A stretch of 64,000 nucleotides of DNA. It comes from a bacterium. GTDB lineage: Bacteria > Verrucomicrobiota > Kiritimatiellia > CAIKKV01 > CAITUY01. Shown here piece after piece: positions 9,334 through 19,191 of this stretch. Within the stretch, counting starts at the first letter, position 1. The number at the start of each line of letters is the position of its first letter. The stretch lies in assembly GCA_037132275.1 (NCBI GenBank), contig JBAXPK010000005.1, positions 3,122 to 67,121 of the forward strand, written 5' to 3'. Below the pieces are notes generated by a model. It was not told the DNA's origin and made no database searches. It saw only the letters and a program-made list of their open reading frames with translations. A program made the translations under genes and the position numbers.

Positions 9334-10611
9334 ATGGATCCAGTGATATCCGGGCACGTCAAGAGAATCGTCCAATTTGTAGGCAAGGATTATCGCCTCA
9401 TGTATCGCGAGCCGGGCGGGGAGATCAGGCACCCCTTTCTGACCCCAGGCAGCGACCAGTACAGCGACATTCTCTGGGACTGGGATTCGTGGCTGACAGA
9501 CATCGCCTTGCGCCAGATCGTGCGGCGGCAGGCCGATTCCGCGACTGAGGCCCGCCAGCTAACGATCTACGAGCAGGGGTGTATCATGAATTGGCTGGAG
9601 TTTGCCAAGAAGAGCTCCTGCGTTGGCTGGGTGCCCATCTGGGTGAACCGGACCGGGAACACCATGCCGGAGGATGTCTATGCTCAGAACATGCACAAAC
9701 CCTGCCTGGTCCAGCACGCCGCGTTCATTGTGCGCGAGAATGGCGGCGATATTGAATGGCTGCGCGAAGGTCTGATGCATCTCCAGTACTTCGTGAACAA
9801 CTACCGCAACCACCACCGCCACGCCTGCGGCCTCTACTTCTGGCAGAACGACACCGCCATCGGTGTCGATAACGACCCCTGCACCTTTGGCCGGCCCCCG
9901 CGCAGCAGCGGCTCAATCTACCTCAACTGCCTGATGTACAAAGAGTTGCTGGCGCTCGTGTACCTGCTGGAACGGGCGGGACTGGACGAGGTTGCCGCGC
10001 AGTACCGGGCCGACGCCGACGCGCTGCTTAAAGCGATCCGGGAGCACTGTTGGGACGAGCGCGACGGCTTCTACTACAGCGTGGACTTGAATCTCACGGC
10101 GCCCGAACTCCAGAAGTGGGCCGCGCATTCCGGGCAGCCGCGGGACTGGCCGTGCCTGATCCAGCGGATCGGCGTCTGGTCGGGTTTCCTCGCCATGTGG
10201 GCGGGCATTGCCACCCCGGAGCAGGCGGAGCGGATGGTACGGGAGCACTACCGGGATCCGCGCACCTTCAATGCGCCGTACGGCGTCCGGACACTTTCGC
10301 GGATGGAGAAGATGTACAACCTCCGCGCTTCCGGCAATCCATCCTCCTGGCTGGGACCCATCTGGGGAATCTCGAACTACATGGTGTTCCGCGGTCTGAT
10401 CCGGTACGGCTTCGTCGAGGAGGCGCGCGAACTGGCCGGCAAGACCATAGCGCTGTTCGGTTCGGACCTGGAGAAAAGCGGTGCTTTGCACGAGTATTAT
10501 CAACCCGAGAATGGCGCCCCTCTGCTCAACATCGGCTTCCAGAACTGGAACTACCTGGTCCTCAACATGATCGCCTGGCTGAACGGTGAACCGGTGGTCG
10601 AGGAATTTTAA
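9334..10611 (+). CDS. (alpha/alpha)6-barrel glycoside hydrolase-like protein (425 aa), GH125/GH63-like; candidate exo-alpha-mannosidase
   Basis: Size and W/Y-rich helical-hairpin pattern ('ILWDWDSWLTD', 'GLYFWQNDTAIGVDND', 'WSGFLAMWAGIA') are typical of six-hairpin GHs. Context has GH38/GH2/GH29 neighbours. Family not verifiable without an HMM. Confidence 0.35.
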   Translation: MDPVISGHVKRIVQFVGKDYRLMYREPGGEIRHPFLTPGSDQYSDILWDWDSWLTDIALRQIVRRQADSATEARQLTIYEQGCIMNWLEFAKKSSCVGWVPIWVNRTGNTMPEDVYAQNMHKPCLVQHAAFIVRENGGDIEWLREGLMHLQYFVNNYRNHHRHACGLYFWQNDTAIGVDNDPCTFGRPPRSSGSIYLNCLMYKELLALVYLLERAGLDEVAAQYRADADALLKAIREHCWDERDGFYYSVDLNLTAPELQKWAAHSGQPRDWPCLIQRIGVWSGFLAMWAGIATPEQAERMVREHYRDPRTFNAPYGVRTLSRMEKMYNLRASGNPSSWLGPIWGISNYMVFRGLIRYGFVEEARELAGKTIALFGSDLEKSGALHEYYQPENGAPLLNIGFQNWNYLVLNMIAWLNGEPVVEEF

Positions 10612-10640
10612 CGGAGTTGATTTAGTAAAGGAGCACAGGG

Positions 10641-13016
10641 ATGGCGAAATACGGACGGTTCGACGAGCAAGCGCGAGAGTATGTGATCACCCGGCCCGAT
10701 ACGCCGGCACCGTGGATCAACTATCTCATGGGCCGGGACGTGAATGCGATCGTGTCGCAGGCTGCCGGCGGGTTGGCATTTTACAAGGAGCCTTCCGAGG
10801 GCCGGCTTACGCGGTACCGGTTCAACGGCCTGCCCGTGGACAGCCCGGGATTCTACCTCTACATCCAGGACGGCGAGACCACGTGGAACCCGTCATTCCG
10901 GCCCACCTGCACGCCGCTCGACCGGTTCGAGTGCCGGCACGGGCTCGGATACACCCGGTTCGACTCCGAGCGGAACGGCATTCGAGCGGACGTGACCTAC
11001 CTGGCGCCGCTCGAGGACGACGTCCTGTTGTGGTCCGTCCGGCTGACCAACAACAGCCGGTCGCCGCGCCGGCTCAAACTGACGAGCTACATGGAGTTCT
11101 CGCTCCATGAATACGTCAAGGATGCGCTGTGGTACCTGGTCTGCGGCAACCAGTGGCGGTTGACGTTCGACCGGAAGGCGAACGGCATCAAGTCCCGGTA
11201 TTTCGCGTTCCAGAGTGTTTTCAAGGGGCAGTGCATCTTCGCCTCCACTGCTCCGGTGCGGGCATTTGAAATTGACCGGGACCGGTTCATCGGTTTTGGC
11301 CGTTCGGAAGCCAATCCGGTTGGACTGGAGCGCGGTCTGTGCAATTCCGAGATTCCCGATGGCGGACGCCACGCCTGCGGCGCACTGCAAAGCGCGATTG
11401 TGCTGGCTCCGGGCCAGACCCGTCACGTGCTCTACCGCTACGCGGTGAGCAAGACGTTCGCCGAGAGCGCGCGGATCCTGGCCCGGTATCGGACCGAGCG
11501 GGACGTCGAGCGGGCGAAGGCCGGAATCGCCCGATTCTGGGATGGGGCCTTGGGAAGCGCCCAGGTGCGGACCCCGGATCGGGCCGCCAACGTGATGCTG
11601 AACACCTGGCTGCCCTATAACATTCGCGTCACGTTCCGTTTGGGCCGTTCGGTTTCGAGCCGCCATACCGGCACGGCCGGCGCGCTGCGCTATCGCGACT
11701 CCATGCAGGATGCCATGCCGGCGCCCCAATTGTTCCCGGTCGACGCCCGCGAGCGGATCGAGCGGATCCTGCACACCATGTACGCCGACGGCCACTGCGC
11801 CATGGGCGTCAATCCGGAAACGCTCAAGCCGTCCCCTGAAGAAAAAGACCTCAACCGCAGCGATGCCGCCGTGTGGGGCGTGTTTACGGTGTACCAGTAT
11901 CTCGCCGAGTCCGGCGACCTGGCGTTTCTTAACCGCGTCCTGCCGTATCTGGACAAGGGCGAGGGGAGCGTGTTCGAGCATCTTCTCCGCAGCCTGACGT
12001 TCATCGCCGAACACACCGGCAAGGACGGACTGCCGCAACTTTTCACCGTGGACTGGAACGACTTCCTGCAAATCTTCACGGTGTCCTACACGGGGTGCCA
12101 GAGCGTGATGGTGGCCCAGCAGTTCATCTACGCCACGCGCCTGCTGACGGAAATGGCGGAACAACTCGGGCGCGGGAAGGACGTCGCGAAACTGCGCGCG
12201 GCCTGCACCCGGTTCACCCGGGTTCTCGAGTCGAAGAAATGCTGGGACGGCGATTGGTATCGCCGGCTTCTCGGGGACAATCTGGTCATGGGATCCAAGC
12301 AGAACCGGGATGCCAAGATATTCCTCAATACGCAGTCGTGGGCGGTGATCGCGGGGACGCTTGACGGTAAGCGTGTGACCCGGGCCATGAACTCTGCGTA
12401 CAAGCGCCTCAACACGGAATTCGGCCTGCGTATCTTTTCTCCCGCCTTCTGGACCATGCCCGACGGCAAGACTGAGGTTCCGTCGAACACGCCTGGCGCC
12501 GGCGAGAATGGCGGAATCTTTGTGCATGCCAACATGTGGGCGATCATGGCCGAAGCGCTGTTGGGCCGGGGTGACAGGGCATGGCAGTACTTCTCGCAGG
12601 TTCTGCCGCCGAAGCAATCGGAGCGGGATCCGGATCGCTATGCCAACGAACCGTACGCGTTTACCTCGTGGATCTATGGGCCGGATCACGAACGCTATGG
12701 GACCGCACAGCTCTCCTGGCTGACCGGCGGGACGGCGTGGATGTACCTGGTGGGGCTGGAGTACATTCTCGGCGTACGGCCGACCCTGGCGGGGCTCCGG
12801 ATAGACCCCTGCATTCCGGCGCGGTGGAAACGGTACTCGGTCCGCAGGCGTTGGCGGGGTACGCTTTACGACATTACGGTCGAAAATCCGTCCGGGATCT
12901 GCAAGGGCGACGTGGCCTTGCAGGTCGATGGCGAGCCCATCGAGGGCAACCTCCTCGCGCCCACGGAATCCCGGTATGTGAAGGTGCGGGCAGTGCTTCG
13001 CCGGCGTGAAGTCTGA
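10641..13016 (+). CDS. GH94-family glycoside phosphorylase (cellobiose/N,N'-diacetylchitobiose phosphorylase-like, 791 aa)
   Basis: N-terminus 'GRFDEQAREYVITRPDTPAPWINYL' matches the characteristic GH94 N-terminal motif (MKFGYFDD..EYVIT.P.TP.PWINYLG). Length of about 790 aa fits. The (alpha/alpha)6 region carries 'WNDFLQ'. Confidence 0.65.
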   Translation: MAKYGRFDEQAREYVITRPDTPAPWINYLMGRDVNAIVSQAAGGLAFYKEPSEGRLTRYRFNGLPVDSPGFYLYIQDGETTWNPSFRPTCTPLDRFECRHGLGYTRFDSERNGIRADVTYLAPLEDDVLLWSVRLTNNSRSPRRLKLTSYMEFSLHEYVKDALWYLVCGNQWRLTFDRKANGIKSRYFAFQSVFKGQCIFASTAPVRAFEIDRDRFIGFGRSEANPVGLERGLCNSEIPDGGRHACGALQSAIVLAPGQTRHVLYRYAVSKTFAESARILARYRTERDVERAKAGIARFWDGALGSAQVRTPDRAANVMLNTWLPYNIRVTFRLGRSVSSRHTGTAGALRYRDSMQDAMPAPQLFPVDARERIERILHTMYADGHCAMGVNPETLKPSPEEKDLNRSDAAVWGVFTVYQYLAESGDLAFLNRVLPYLDKGEGSVFEHLLRSLTFIAEHTGKDGLPQLFTVDWNDFLQIFTVSYTGCQSVMVAQQFIYATRLLTEMAEQLGRGKDVAKLRAACTRFTRVLESKKCWDGDWYRRLLGDNLVMGSKQNRDAKIFLNTQSWAVIAGTLDGKRVTRAMNSAYKRLNTEFGLRIFSPAFWTMPDGKTEVPSNTPGAGENGGIFVHANMWAIMAEALLGRGDRAWQYFSQVLPPKQSERDPDRYANEPYAFTSWIYGPDHERYGTAQLSWLTGGTAWMYLVGLEYILGVRPTLAGLRIDPCIPARWKRYSVRRRWRGTLYDITVENPSGICKGDVALQVDGEPIEGNLLAPTESRYVKVRAVLRRREV

Positions 13017-13017
13017 T

Positions 13018-16000
13018 TTACATCCCGGGGTTCATAATGGGAAATGAACCCAGGTTCTGATTCTTCGGGGGTGGAACAAGGGCTTTAAAGGGCGGGGCGT
13101 CGCGCAGGGGTGTGAATCGCGGGTCATCCCGGAGAAGTGCCCGCGCCACTTCGCCGCCCACTTCGATGGCCTTCCGCAGGGATCCGAATGCCTCTTGAGG
13201 TTTATTGATCATGAATTGGGTATAAGCCAGATCAATCCAGCTCTTAAAGGCATTGGGGTCGCGCGTCAGGTACTTCTGAAGCGCATAGACGCGCAGATCC
13301 CAACGTTTGTTCGCCTCAAATAACCGGGCGACCGCCAGACAGGTTTCAGGCGGAAGGTTGGTGCTGTCCACCAAACCGCGGGTCAGCCCCTGGAACGGCC
13401 CTTCCATCCCAAGGCGGAGATAGACGGTGGCCAATTCCATGGCGTTTCCGAAATCCAACTTCCCGCTGGCCATCTGTTTTTCAAGATCGGTTCGGCGGGT
13501 GTTGTCTCGCTCCGCGCTCTTGATGGACTCGAGAAAATTGGCGGCATTGGCGTTGAGGGGATCGAGTTTTTTGTACGCCGTCATGACCACGGCGGCGTCG
13601 GCGTAGCGCTGCTGGCGCATGTAGAGATCAGCCAACCGGAAGCAGGCCTCGGGACTCTCGGGGCATAACTCGCGTGATTGCTTGAAGGCATATTCTGCCT
13701 CGGAAACCAGCCCGCGCGCCGCATACAGGCCGGCAATGGCTGACCGCATTTTCGAGAAGGATTTCTTGGCATCGGAGTTGCGCAGGAAGTCCTCGCGGGC
13801 AATAAACTCCCGTGTGAGTTTGTCCCAGTAACCGCGATCCCGCGCTATGATATCGGTCCATAGTTGTGGATTCTCCTGCGGGGACGGCACGGGATCTTTT
13901 TCGATCTTCATGATCACCCCGTAGGGGGTCAGGAAGGCATACATCCAGGGGATGACATAACTTTCCTCCACATAGAAGGCATGTTTGTCCTTGTTGCGGT
14001 CGAAGATCCAGCGGGCCAGGATGCCGTTGATGGTCATCACGCCGCCCACGCCCTGGACACTGACCCGTCCGTTTTCGATCTTGATGTCGGCGCTGGCGGG
14101 GATTTTCCCGGTTTGAACGTCGCGGACATATTCCTGGAACGCCCGGTTGTTGTCCTCGGCGCTGGGGATATAAATGGGCTGAACCGGATAGGTATGATCA
14201 CGGTGGAGAAGGCGTTGGAAGGGACCGTTATTGGCCGGCCGCGAGTAGTCGTAATGATCGCGGATATAACTCATGTAGGTGTTGTCGGCCAGGGCGTTCT
14301 GGGTAATGATATACACGTCGGAACGGTCAAAGTCTTTGTCGCGGAAGCGATCCTTGGGCGCCACGCGGCTTTCGCAGAAGATCATGTAGGTCGGCACGAA
14401 ACGGCCCGGGTCGGTGCCGCCGTAAAGAACCGAGTCTTTTTCCATAGGCTGATAGCCGTTGCCCGGGTTGAACATCAGGTACCCGAAAAGGTACCCGAAA
14501 TCATAGCCGCGCAGGTTGCACAGCGACCAGTTCTGTTTCCAGGTCACGAGGGGCATGGCGAGGAGGGCGATACAGGCCACGCGAACCACGATGGGGCCGA
14601 TGATCTTGTTTTTCCAGGCCAGGATGCTGAACAGAACGGCGAGTCCGTAGCCGATCAGCATGGCGTAGAATCCATGGGCGGGGGCGAAGAACTTGATGTT
14701 GATCTCCTGATCCTGCCGATCCAACTTCGGATTGATGATCGTCAGAAGACCCAGGCTGGTGATCAGGAAGGCAACCCAGATAAACGCCAGCCAAGCGCGG
14801 CCGCGGGGTTTGAATCCTTTCCACCAGTACAGGATCACCACAGGAGTGAGCAGACCCATGCTCAGTATTGTGATCGCGAAAAACACAATCCATTCAAGGG
14901 TACTAGGTTGGGTGCGCATCCAGAGCAGGGACATGAATATCGCAATGAGCAGGACAAGTCCCAGCAAGGGAAGTGACCAGGCGTTGATGGTTTCCAAGAG
15001 AGGGCGTAAGGCGGCGGGAAAGTGATTGAAGACGGTATCAGGGAACGAGTACTGATTGATCAGCGCCTGAATGAACAGCTTGATCTTGATGAAAAACTCC
15101 TCGCTGAAAAAACTGGCCGTGTGGATTTTTTCGTATTGGCCCCGGGTGACGGCGTGGACAAAGCCCTCCTTGGTAGCGGCGTAGCCCCAATTCATGGGCG
15201 GATTGGTGGCGGCGGCGAACGGCATATAGATGTACACACTGACCCCGGCCATGAAGCACGCCGCGCAGGTGAGCGCCCGGCGGGTATCCCACCAGCCGGT
15301 CATTCTTGCGATGATGACTGCGGCAATTCCGAGTGCCCCGCAGGCGATTCCCTGCCAGAAGGTGGAACTGTTGAACATGGCCGATGTGGTGGGTTCGGTA
15401 AGCCAGGCCCAGATGAGGAGACCCACCAGCAGACTGAAGAAGCCGGCCGTGGCCAGTTCAAGGAAATTGAACTGGGTTTTCATGAACAGGCTCACCTGAT
15501 TCGGGGCCGTCGGAGATTTCTGGCGCGCGGCCAGGAATTGCTCGAGACCAACTAGAAAAACACCGATCGCAATAGGCGCGCCCATGACGACAATAGTCTG
15601 GTGATTGGAGAGGCTGAGCCCGAAGATCAGCAGCATTGCGTAAAGGAAGCCACGGCGGTGGGGTTGCATCATCCAGGCGAAGAAGATGCAACTGATCAGG
15701 ACAAAGGAAAAGACGTTGAGCACGCGCATTTCCGAAACGCAGGCCCACAGCCAGACCCCGCGATTGAAGCCGAAGAGAAGCGCGCAGCTTGAGCCGATAA
15801 ATAAGGCCATCCAGTGCTGAAGTCGTTCGCTGAGGGAGTCGCCCCAGGGAAGCGAATGAAGCAGCAACCGCAAGCTTCGGGTCATGATGATGGTGGTAAA
15901 ACCAACCGTTAGGGCGCCTGTGACGACGGACATCAAAGCCATACGCCAGGCAGGATTACCGAAAGGCACAATAAAATGGCACCAGATATAGCCCAGCAAC

Positions 16001-16263
16001 GCCCAGAGGGGGTAACCGGGCGGATGCGGGACCCCGAAGGAAAAGGCGCCGGTGACTAATTCGCCGGAATCCTGCAAGGTGACTTCCGGGGCCATGTAAT
16101 AGAAGAAGGCCAGGCCGGAGATGAGTGTTGTGAGCACCGCGGCAATCCAATCTTCCGGCTTGAAGAAGTGTTGGAGGCTCTCGGTGGGTTCTTCGATGAT
16201 GTCAGGAGCCGACACGCCGGATCCTGTTTTGTTTACGGTTTGAGATACGGTATTGGATGACAT
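13018..16263 (-). CDS. DUF2723/PMT-like (GT-C fold, protein O-mannosyltransferase-related) polytopic membrane protein with C-terminal TPR repeats (~1080 aa)
   Basis: N-terminal 'PPGYPLWALLGYIW' loop motif as in PMT/ArnT-type GT-C enzymes, followed by at least 15 predicted TM helices. The C-terminal ~250 aa have TPR-like repeats ('ACFRLADLYMRQQRYADA', 'LATVYLRLGM'). Start chosen at the ATG at 16263, which has a GGGAGAG SD-like element upstream. An alternative upstream ATG lies at 16371. The stop is 1 nt from the stop of the convergent GH94 gene. Confidence 0.6.
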   Translation of the reverse strand: MSSNTVSQTVNKTGSGVSAPDIIEEPTESLQHFFKPEDWIAAVLTTLISGLAFFYYMAPEVTLQDSGELVTGAFSFGVPHPPGYPLWALLGYIWCHFIVPFGNPAWRMALMSVVTGALTVGFTTIIMTRSLRLLLHSLPWGDSLSERLQHWMALFIGSSCALLFGFNRGVWLWACVSEMRVLNVFSFVLISCIFFAWMMQPHRRGFLYAMLLIFGLSLSNHQTIVVMGAPIAIGVFLVGLEQFLAARQKSPTAPNQVSLFMKTQFNFLELATAGFFSLLVGLLIWAWLTEPTTSAMFNSSTFWQGIACGALGIAAVIIARMTGWWDTRRALTCAACFMAGVSVYIYMPFAAATNPPMNWGYAATKEGFVHAVTRGQYEKIHTASFFSEEFFIKIKLFIQALINQYSFPDTVFNHFPAALRPLLETINAWSLPLLGLVLLIAIFMSLLWMRTQPSTLEWIVFFAITILSMGLLTPVVILYWWKGFKPRGRAWLAFIWVAFLITSLGLLTIINPKLDRQDQEINIKFFAPAHGFYAMLIGYGLAVLFSILAWKNKIIGPIVVRVACIALLAMPLVTWKQNWSLCNLRGYDFGYLFGYLMFNPGNGYQPMEKDSVLYGGTDPGRFVPTYMIFCESRVAPKDRFRDKDFDRSDVYIITQNALADNTYMSYIRDHYDYSRPANNGPFQRLLHRDHTYPVQPIYIPSAEDNNRAFQEYVRDVQTGKIPASADIKIENGRVSVQGVGGVMTINGILARWIFDRNKDKHAFYVEESYVIPWMYAFLTPYGVIMKIEKDPVPSPQENPQLWTDIIARDRGYWDKLTREFIAREDFLRNSDAKKSFSKMRSAIAGLYAARGLVSEAEYAFKQSRELCPESPEACFRLADLYMRQQRYADAAVVMTAYKKLDPLNANAANFLESIKSAERDNTRRTDLEKQMASGKLDFGNAMELATVYLRLGMEGPFQGLTRGLVDSTNLPPETCLAVARLFEANKRWDLRVYALQKYLTRDPNAFKSWIDLAYTQFMINKPQEAFGSLRKAIEVGGEVARALLRDDPRFTPLRDAPPFKALVPPPKNQNLGSFPIMNPGM

Positions 16264-16439
16264 GAAAACACTCTCCCTGGAAACAATGACTGCTCCAAAT
16301 ATCTTGCGGAATCTATCAGAATCGCCTTGTGATGCGCAATGACTAAGAGTCTGCAATAAATGGCGGGACAACCCGTGAACTCAATGGACAGTTATTTCGC
16401 CATCCGTTATAACTTCAGCCCTATCAAGGAGCATAGGTT

Positions 16440-16697
16440 ATGGATGTCAGATCAGTTATTGACGTTGAGCAGAGGTTAATTCAGGAGGTGGCACTCATCT
16501 TGTGCAAGGAGCCTGCCGCCATCAAGCCGGATGTTTCCCTGCCGTCGCTGGGGTTGGACTCCATGGGATTTGTGGAATTGCTGGTGGTGATTGAAAAAGC
16601 TTTTGGCCTCCGCCTGATCGAATCCGGACTCACCCGCGAGGATTTTGAGACCATTCATGCGCTTGCCGCCCGTATCAGCAAGGAAGCCCCGGGATGA
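16440..16697 (+). CDS. acyl carrier protein (85 aa, stand-alone)
   Basis: Phosphopantetheine-attachment motif 'LGLDSMGFVELL'. The stop overlaps the next start (ATGA). Confidence 0.7.
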   Translation: MDVRSVIDVEQRLIQEVALILCKEPAAIKPDVSLPSLGLDSMGFVELLVVIEKAFGLRLIESGLTREDFETIHALAARISKEAPG

Positions 16698-18013
16698 GGG
16701 TCAGTCTTCCGTATTCCAAAAACCGGCGCTACCTGACAGGCATCGACTGGACCATCGGCGCGCTCGATGCCATGACTCGTCGCGCCACCGGCGGAAGCAA
16801 TACCTTTCAGATAGTTCTGGAAATTAAGGGACCCCTTGAGCCAGCCCGATTTCAGGAGGTGATCGCAGCGTTTGTCCGGCAGTTCCCGGTGTTGGGGGGG
16901 CGCCCGTCGCGGGATTGGACGCTGGCGCCGTATTGGAAAATGCCGAGACCGGGCAGTCGGGTTCCTGTTTCCGTAGAGTTCACCCAGGTTGAGGGACAAG
17001 ATAGTGCCGCTCTTCTCGAAGAAAGCGCCAACCGGTGTCTGCCTGATCGTCAGTCGCATGTGGCGTTCCGGGTATTCCATGTCAACGTCTCCCATCATTT
17101 CATTGCCGTACAATTTGATCACCGGCTGTTTGATGCGACCGGCGCGGAAACCTTCCTTGGGCTTCTCCACCGCTGGGCCATCGGAGAAGACTGCAGTGCG
17201 CAAATCCGGCAAATTTCGCTCAAAGAGCCGGCGCATCTCTGTGATTGGATGAAAAAATTCGAGGCGGGGAAATTGCTGGTCCGGCTGTTGCGCAAATTTG
17301 CGGAGTCGCCACTGGCTGTGCTTCCACGTCCGGCGGCCTTGAAAGGGCGTCGTACCCGGTTCAGCATCATGGAGTTCAGCGCGGAAGAGACGAAGGCGAT
17401 TTCCATGCGGGCCTCGCAGGAGGCGGGATTCCTGATGTTCATGCCCTACACGCTGGCGGTTTCTCTTGAGGCGCTCGCGCCAGCCTTTGCCCGGCGGGGC
17501 ACCGGGGGAGGCGATTATCTGGTTTCGGTCTCGGTTGATCTGCGCCCGCCTGAAGCGGCGCCCGCCTGTATGTTCTTCAATCATGTGTCGTTTATCTTTT
17601 TCCAGATTCCTGCGGCGATCCTCCCGGATCGGAAGGCCTTGCTGAAGGCCCTGCGACTGCAGATGTACGAGCAGATTCAATGCGGATTCCCCAAAGCCTT
17701 GTATGAATCCAGTATGGTGATGCGTATTCTGCCCCTGAGCGTGTTGAGCCGCTTGATGTTGAAACCGCTTCGCGGCGAATTTGCCTCACTGGGCTTTACC
17801 TGTGTGGGGAAGAGCGGTTATGCTTTTGACCGTTTTATGGGGGCTGAACTGGTGAACCTGATTCACATGCCGCTGGTTCCCGTTCCGCCCGGCATCGGCT
17901 TTTTTATCAGTCAGTCCGGCCCGAAAATGAATGCCGTGCTGTCTTTTGTGGAGGGCATGTTGACCGATGAGGAGGCGCGGCGCTTTCAGGATGATGTGCG
18001 GCGTCTACTGTAA
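16694..18013 (+). CDS. condensation-domain/PapA/WS-DGAT-like (CAT superfamily) acyltransferase, 439 aa
   Basis: Size and region 'VSHHFIAVQFDHRLFDATGAE' resemble the HHxxxDG catalytic motif of C-domain/PapA5/WS-DGAT acyltransferases, in a degenerate form. Translationally coupled to the ACP. Confidence 0.4.
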   Translation: MRVSLPYSKNRRYLTGIDWTIGALDAMTRRATGGSNTFQIVLEIKGPLEPARFQEVIAAFVRQFPVLGGRPSRDWTLAPYWKMPRPGSRVPVSVEFTQVEGQDSAALLEESANRCLPDRQSHVAFRVFHVNVSHHFIAVQFDHRLFDATGAETFLGLLHRWAIGEDCSAQIRQISLKEPAHLCDWMKKFEAGKLLVRLLRKFAESPLAVLPRPAALKGRRTRFSIMEFSAEETKAISMRASQEAGFLMFMPYTLAVSLEALAPAFARRGTGGGDYLVSVSVDLRPPEAAPACMFFNHVSFIFFQIPAAILPDRKALLKALRLQMYEQIQCGFPKALYESSMVMRILPLSVLSRLMLKPLRGEFASLGFTCVGKSGYAFDRFMGAELVNLIHMPLVPVPPGIGFFISQSGPKMNAVLSFVEGMLTDEEARRFQDDVRRLL

Positions 18014-18015
18014 CG

Positions 18016-19191
18016 ATGAAGTTCACCTGTGATGTGTTGATTGTGGGCGGCGGTGTGGCTGGTGTTCCGGCCGCCGTGGCGGCGGCCAGGGCTGGCGCGG
18101 ATACCCTGTTATTGGAGAAGCGGGACTTTCCGGGCGGAACCGGGGTAATCGGTCTCCATAGGACGATTTGCGGCCTCTATTGGAATGGCGAAGCCGTGGG
18201 GACACCTCTCCCGTTACTCAACGGTGGGCTGGTGCGGGAAGTGTGTGTGCGTCTGCATGACCTCGCGCCGGAACGGCGGCCGGTCAGGCTCGGTAAAGTC
18301 GACGTGCTGCCCTATGACTCCGAGCACCTCCGGGCGATCTATAGTCAATTGATGGGCGCCGAGGCCCGGTTGCGCGTCTTGTTGGGTGTTGAAGTCACCG
18401 GCGTTTGCCTTGAAGGGGGGCGCGTGTTGACCGTGGCGGCGGGGGAGCACACGATCATTCCGCAGGTCGTGGTGGATGGTTCGGGCGACGGGGTTGTCAT
18501 TCGGGGCGATCCGGCCTTGCATGAGCCGCCGCCGCTAATCGGGCGTCAATTGGCGGGTTACGTTATTCATTTGGACGGGCTCAGCGGCAGCGACGATATG
18601 CTGCCCATCAAGGTGCCCTATGCCATCCGGCAGGGGGTTGACGCGAAGACCCTTCCTGCGTGTCTTCGGTTTACAACGTTTGTGGCGGGAGGGGGCCGGA
18701 ATGAGGGCTGGTGCAAGTTGAGTGTTCCTTCGGGAACGCCCCTTGCGACGGCGCAGGAACTGGCGCAGCGGTTGCATGACGCGCTTCAGGAGGCCTTGCC
18801 TTCGGCCCGGGAGTCGCGGATCATCGGCAGTTCACCGGACGTGCTCGAGCGTGAGGGCGCGCGGCTCAAGGGGCTGTATACCCTTACGGCGGAGGATGTA
18901 TTAGGGGCGCGTCAATTCCCGGATGCTATTGCCCGGAGCGCCTGGCCGATTGAATTATGGGATCCGGAACGGGGGCCCACATATCGTTATCTTGAACCGG
19001 GAAAGGCCTGCGGCATTCCTGCGGGGTGCCTGAAAGCGGCGGCTGCCAGTAATTTATATTGTGCTGGACGCTGTATTTCGGCTACGCATGAGGCCTTGGC
19101 GGCAACCCGTGTGATGGGAACCTGCATGGCGCTCGGTGAAGCGGCCGGCCGGGAAGCGGCTTTGCAAAGTGGTGGCGGTGAACAGAGTTAA
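18016..19191 (+). CDS. FAD-dependent oxidoreductase (FAD_oxidored/PF12831-like)
   Basis: N-terminal dinucleotide-binding motif 'DVLIVGGGVAGVPAAVAAARAGADTLLLEK'. Confidence 0.6.
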   Translation: MKFTCDVLIVGGGVAGVPAAVAAARAGADTLLLEKRDFPGGTGVIGLHRTICGLYWNGEAVGTPLPLLNGGLVREVCVRLHDLAPERRPVRLGKVDVLPYDSEHLRAIYSQLMGAEARLRVLLGVEVTGVCLEGGRVLTVAAGEHTIIPQVVVDGSGDGVVIRGDPALHEPPPLIGRQLAGYVIHLDGLSGSDDMLPIKVPYAIRQGVDAKTLPACLRFTTFVAGGGRNEGWCKLSVPSGTPLATAQELAQRLHDALQEALPSARESRIIGSSPDVLEREGARLKGLYTLTAEDVLGARQFPDAIARSAWPIELWDPERGPTYRYLEPGKACGIPAGCLKAAAASNLYCAGRCISATHEALAATRVMGTCMALGEAAGREAALQSGGGEQS

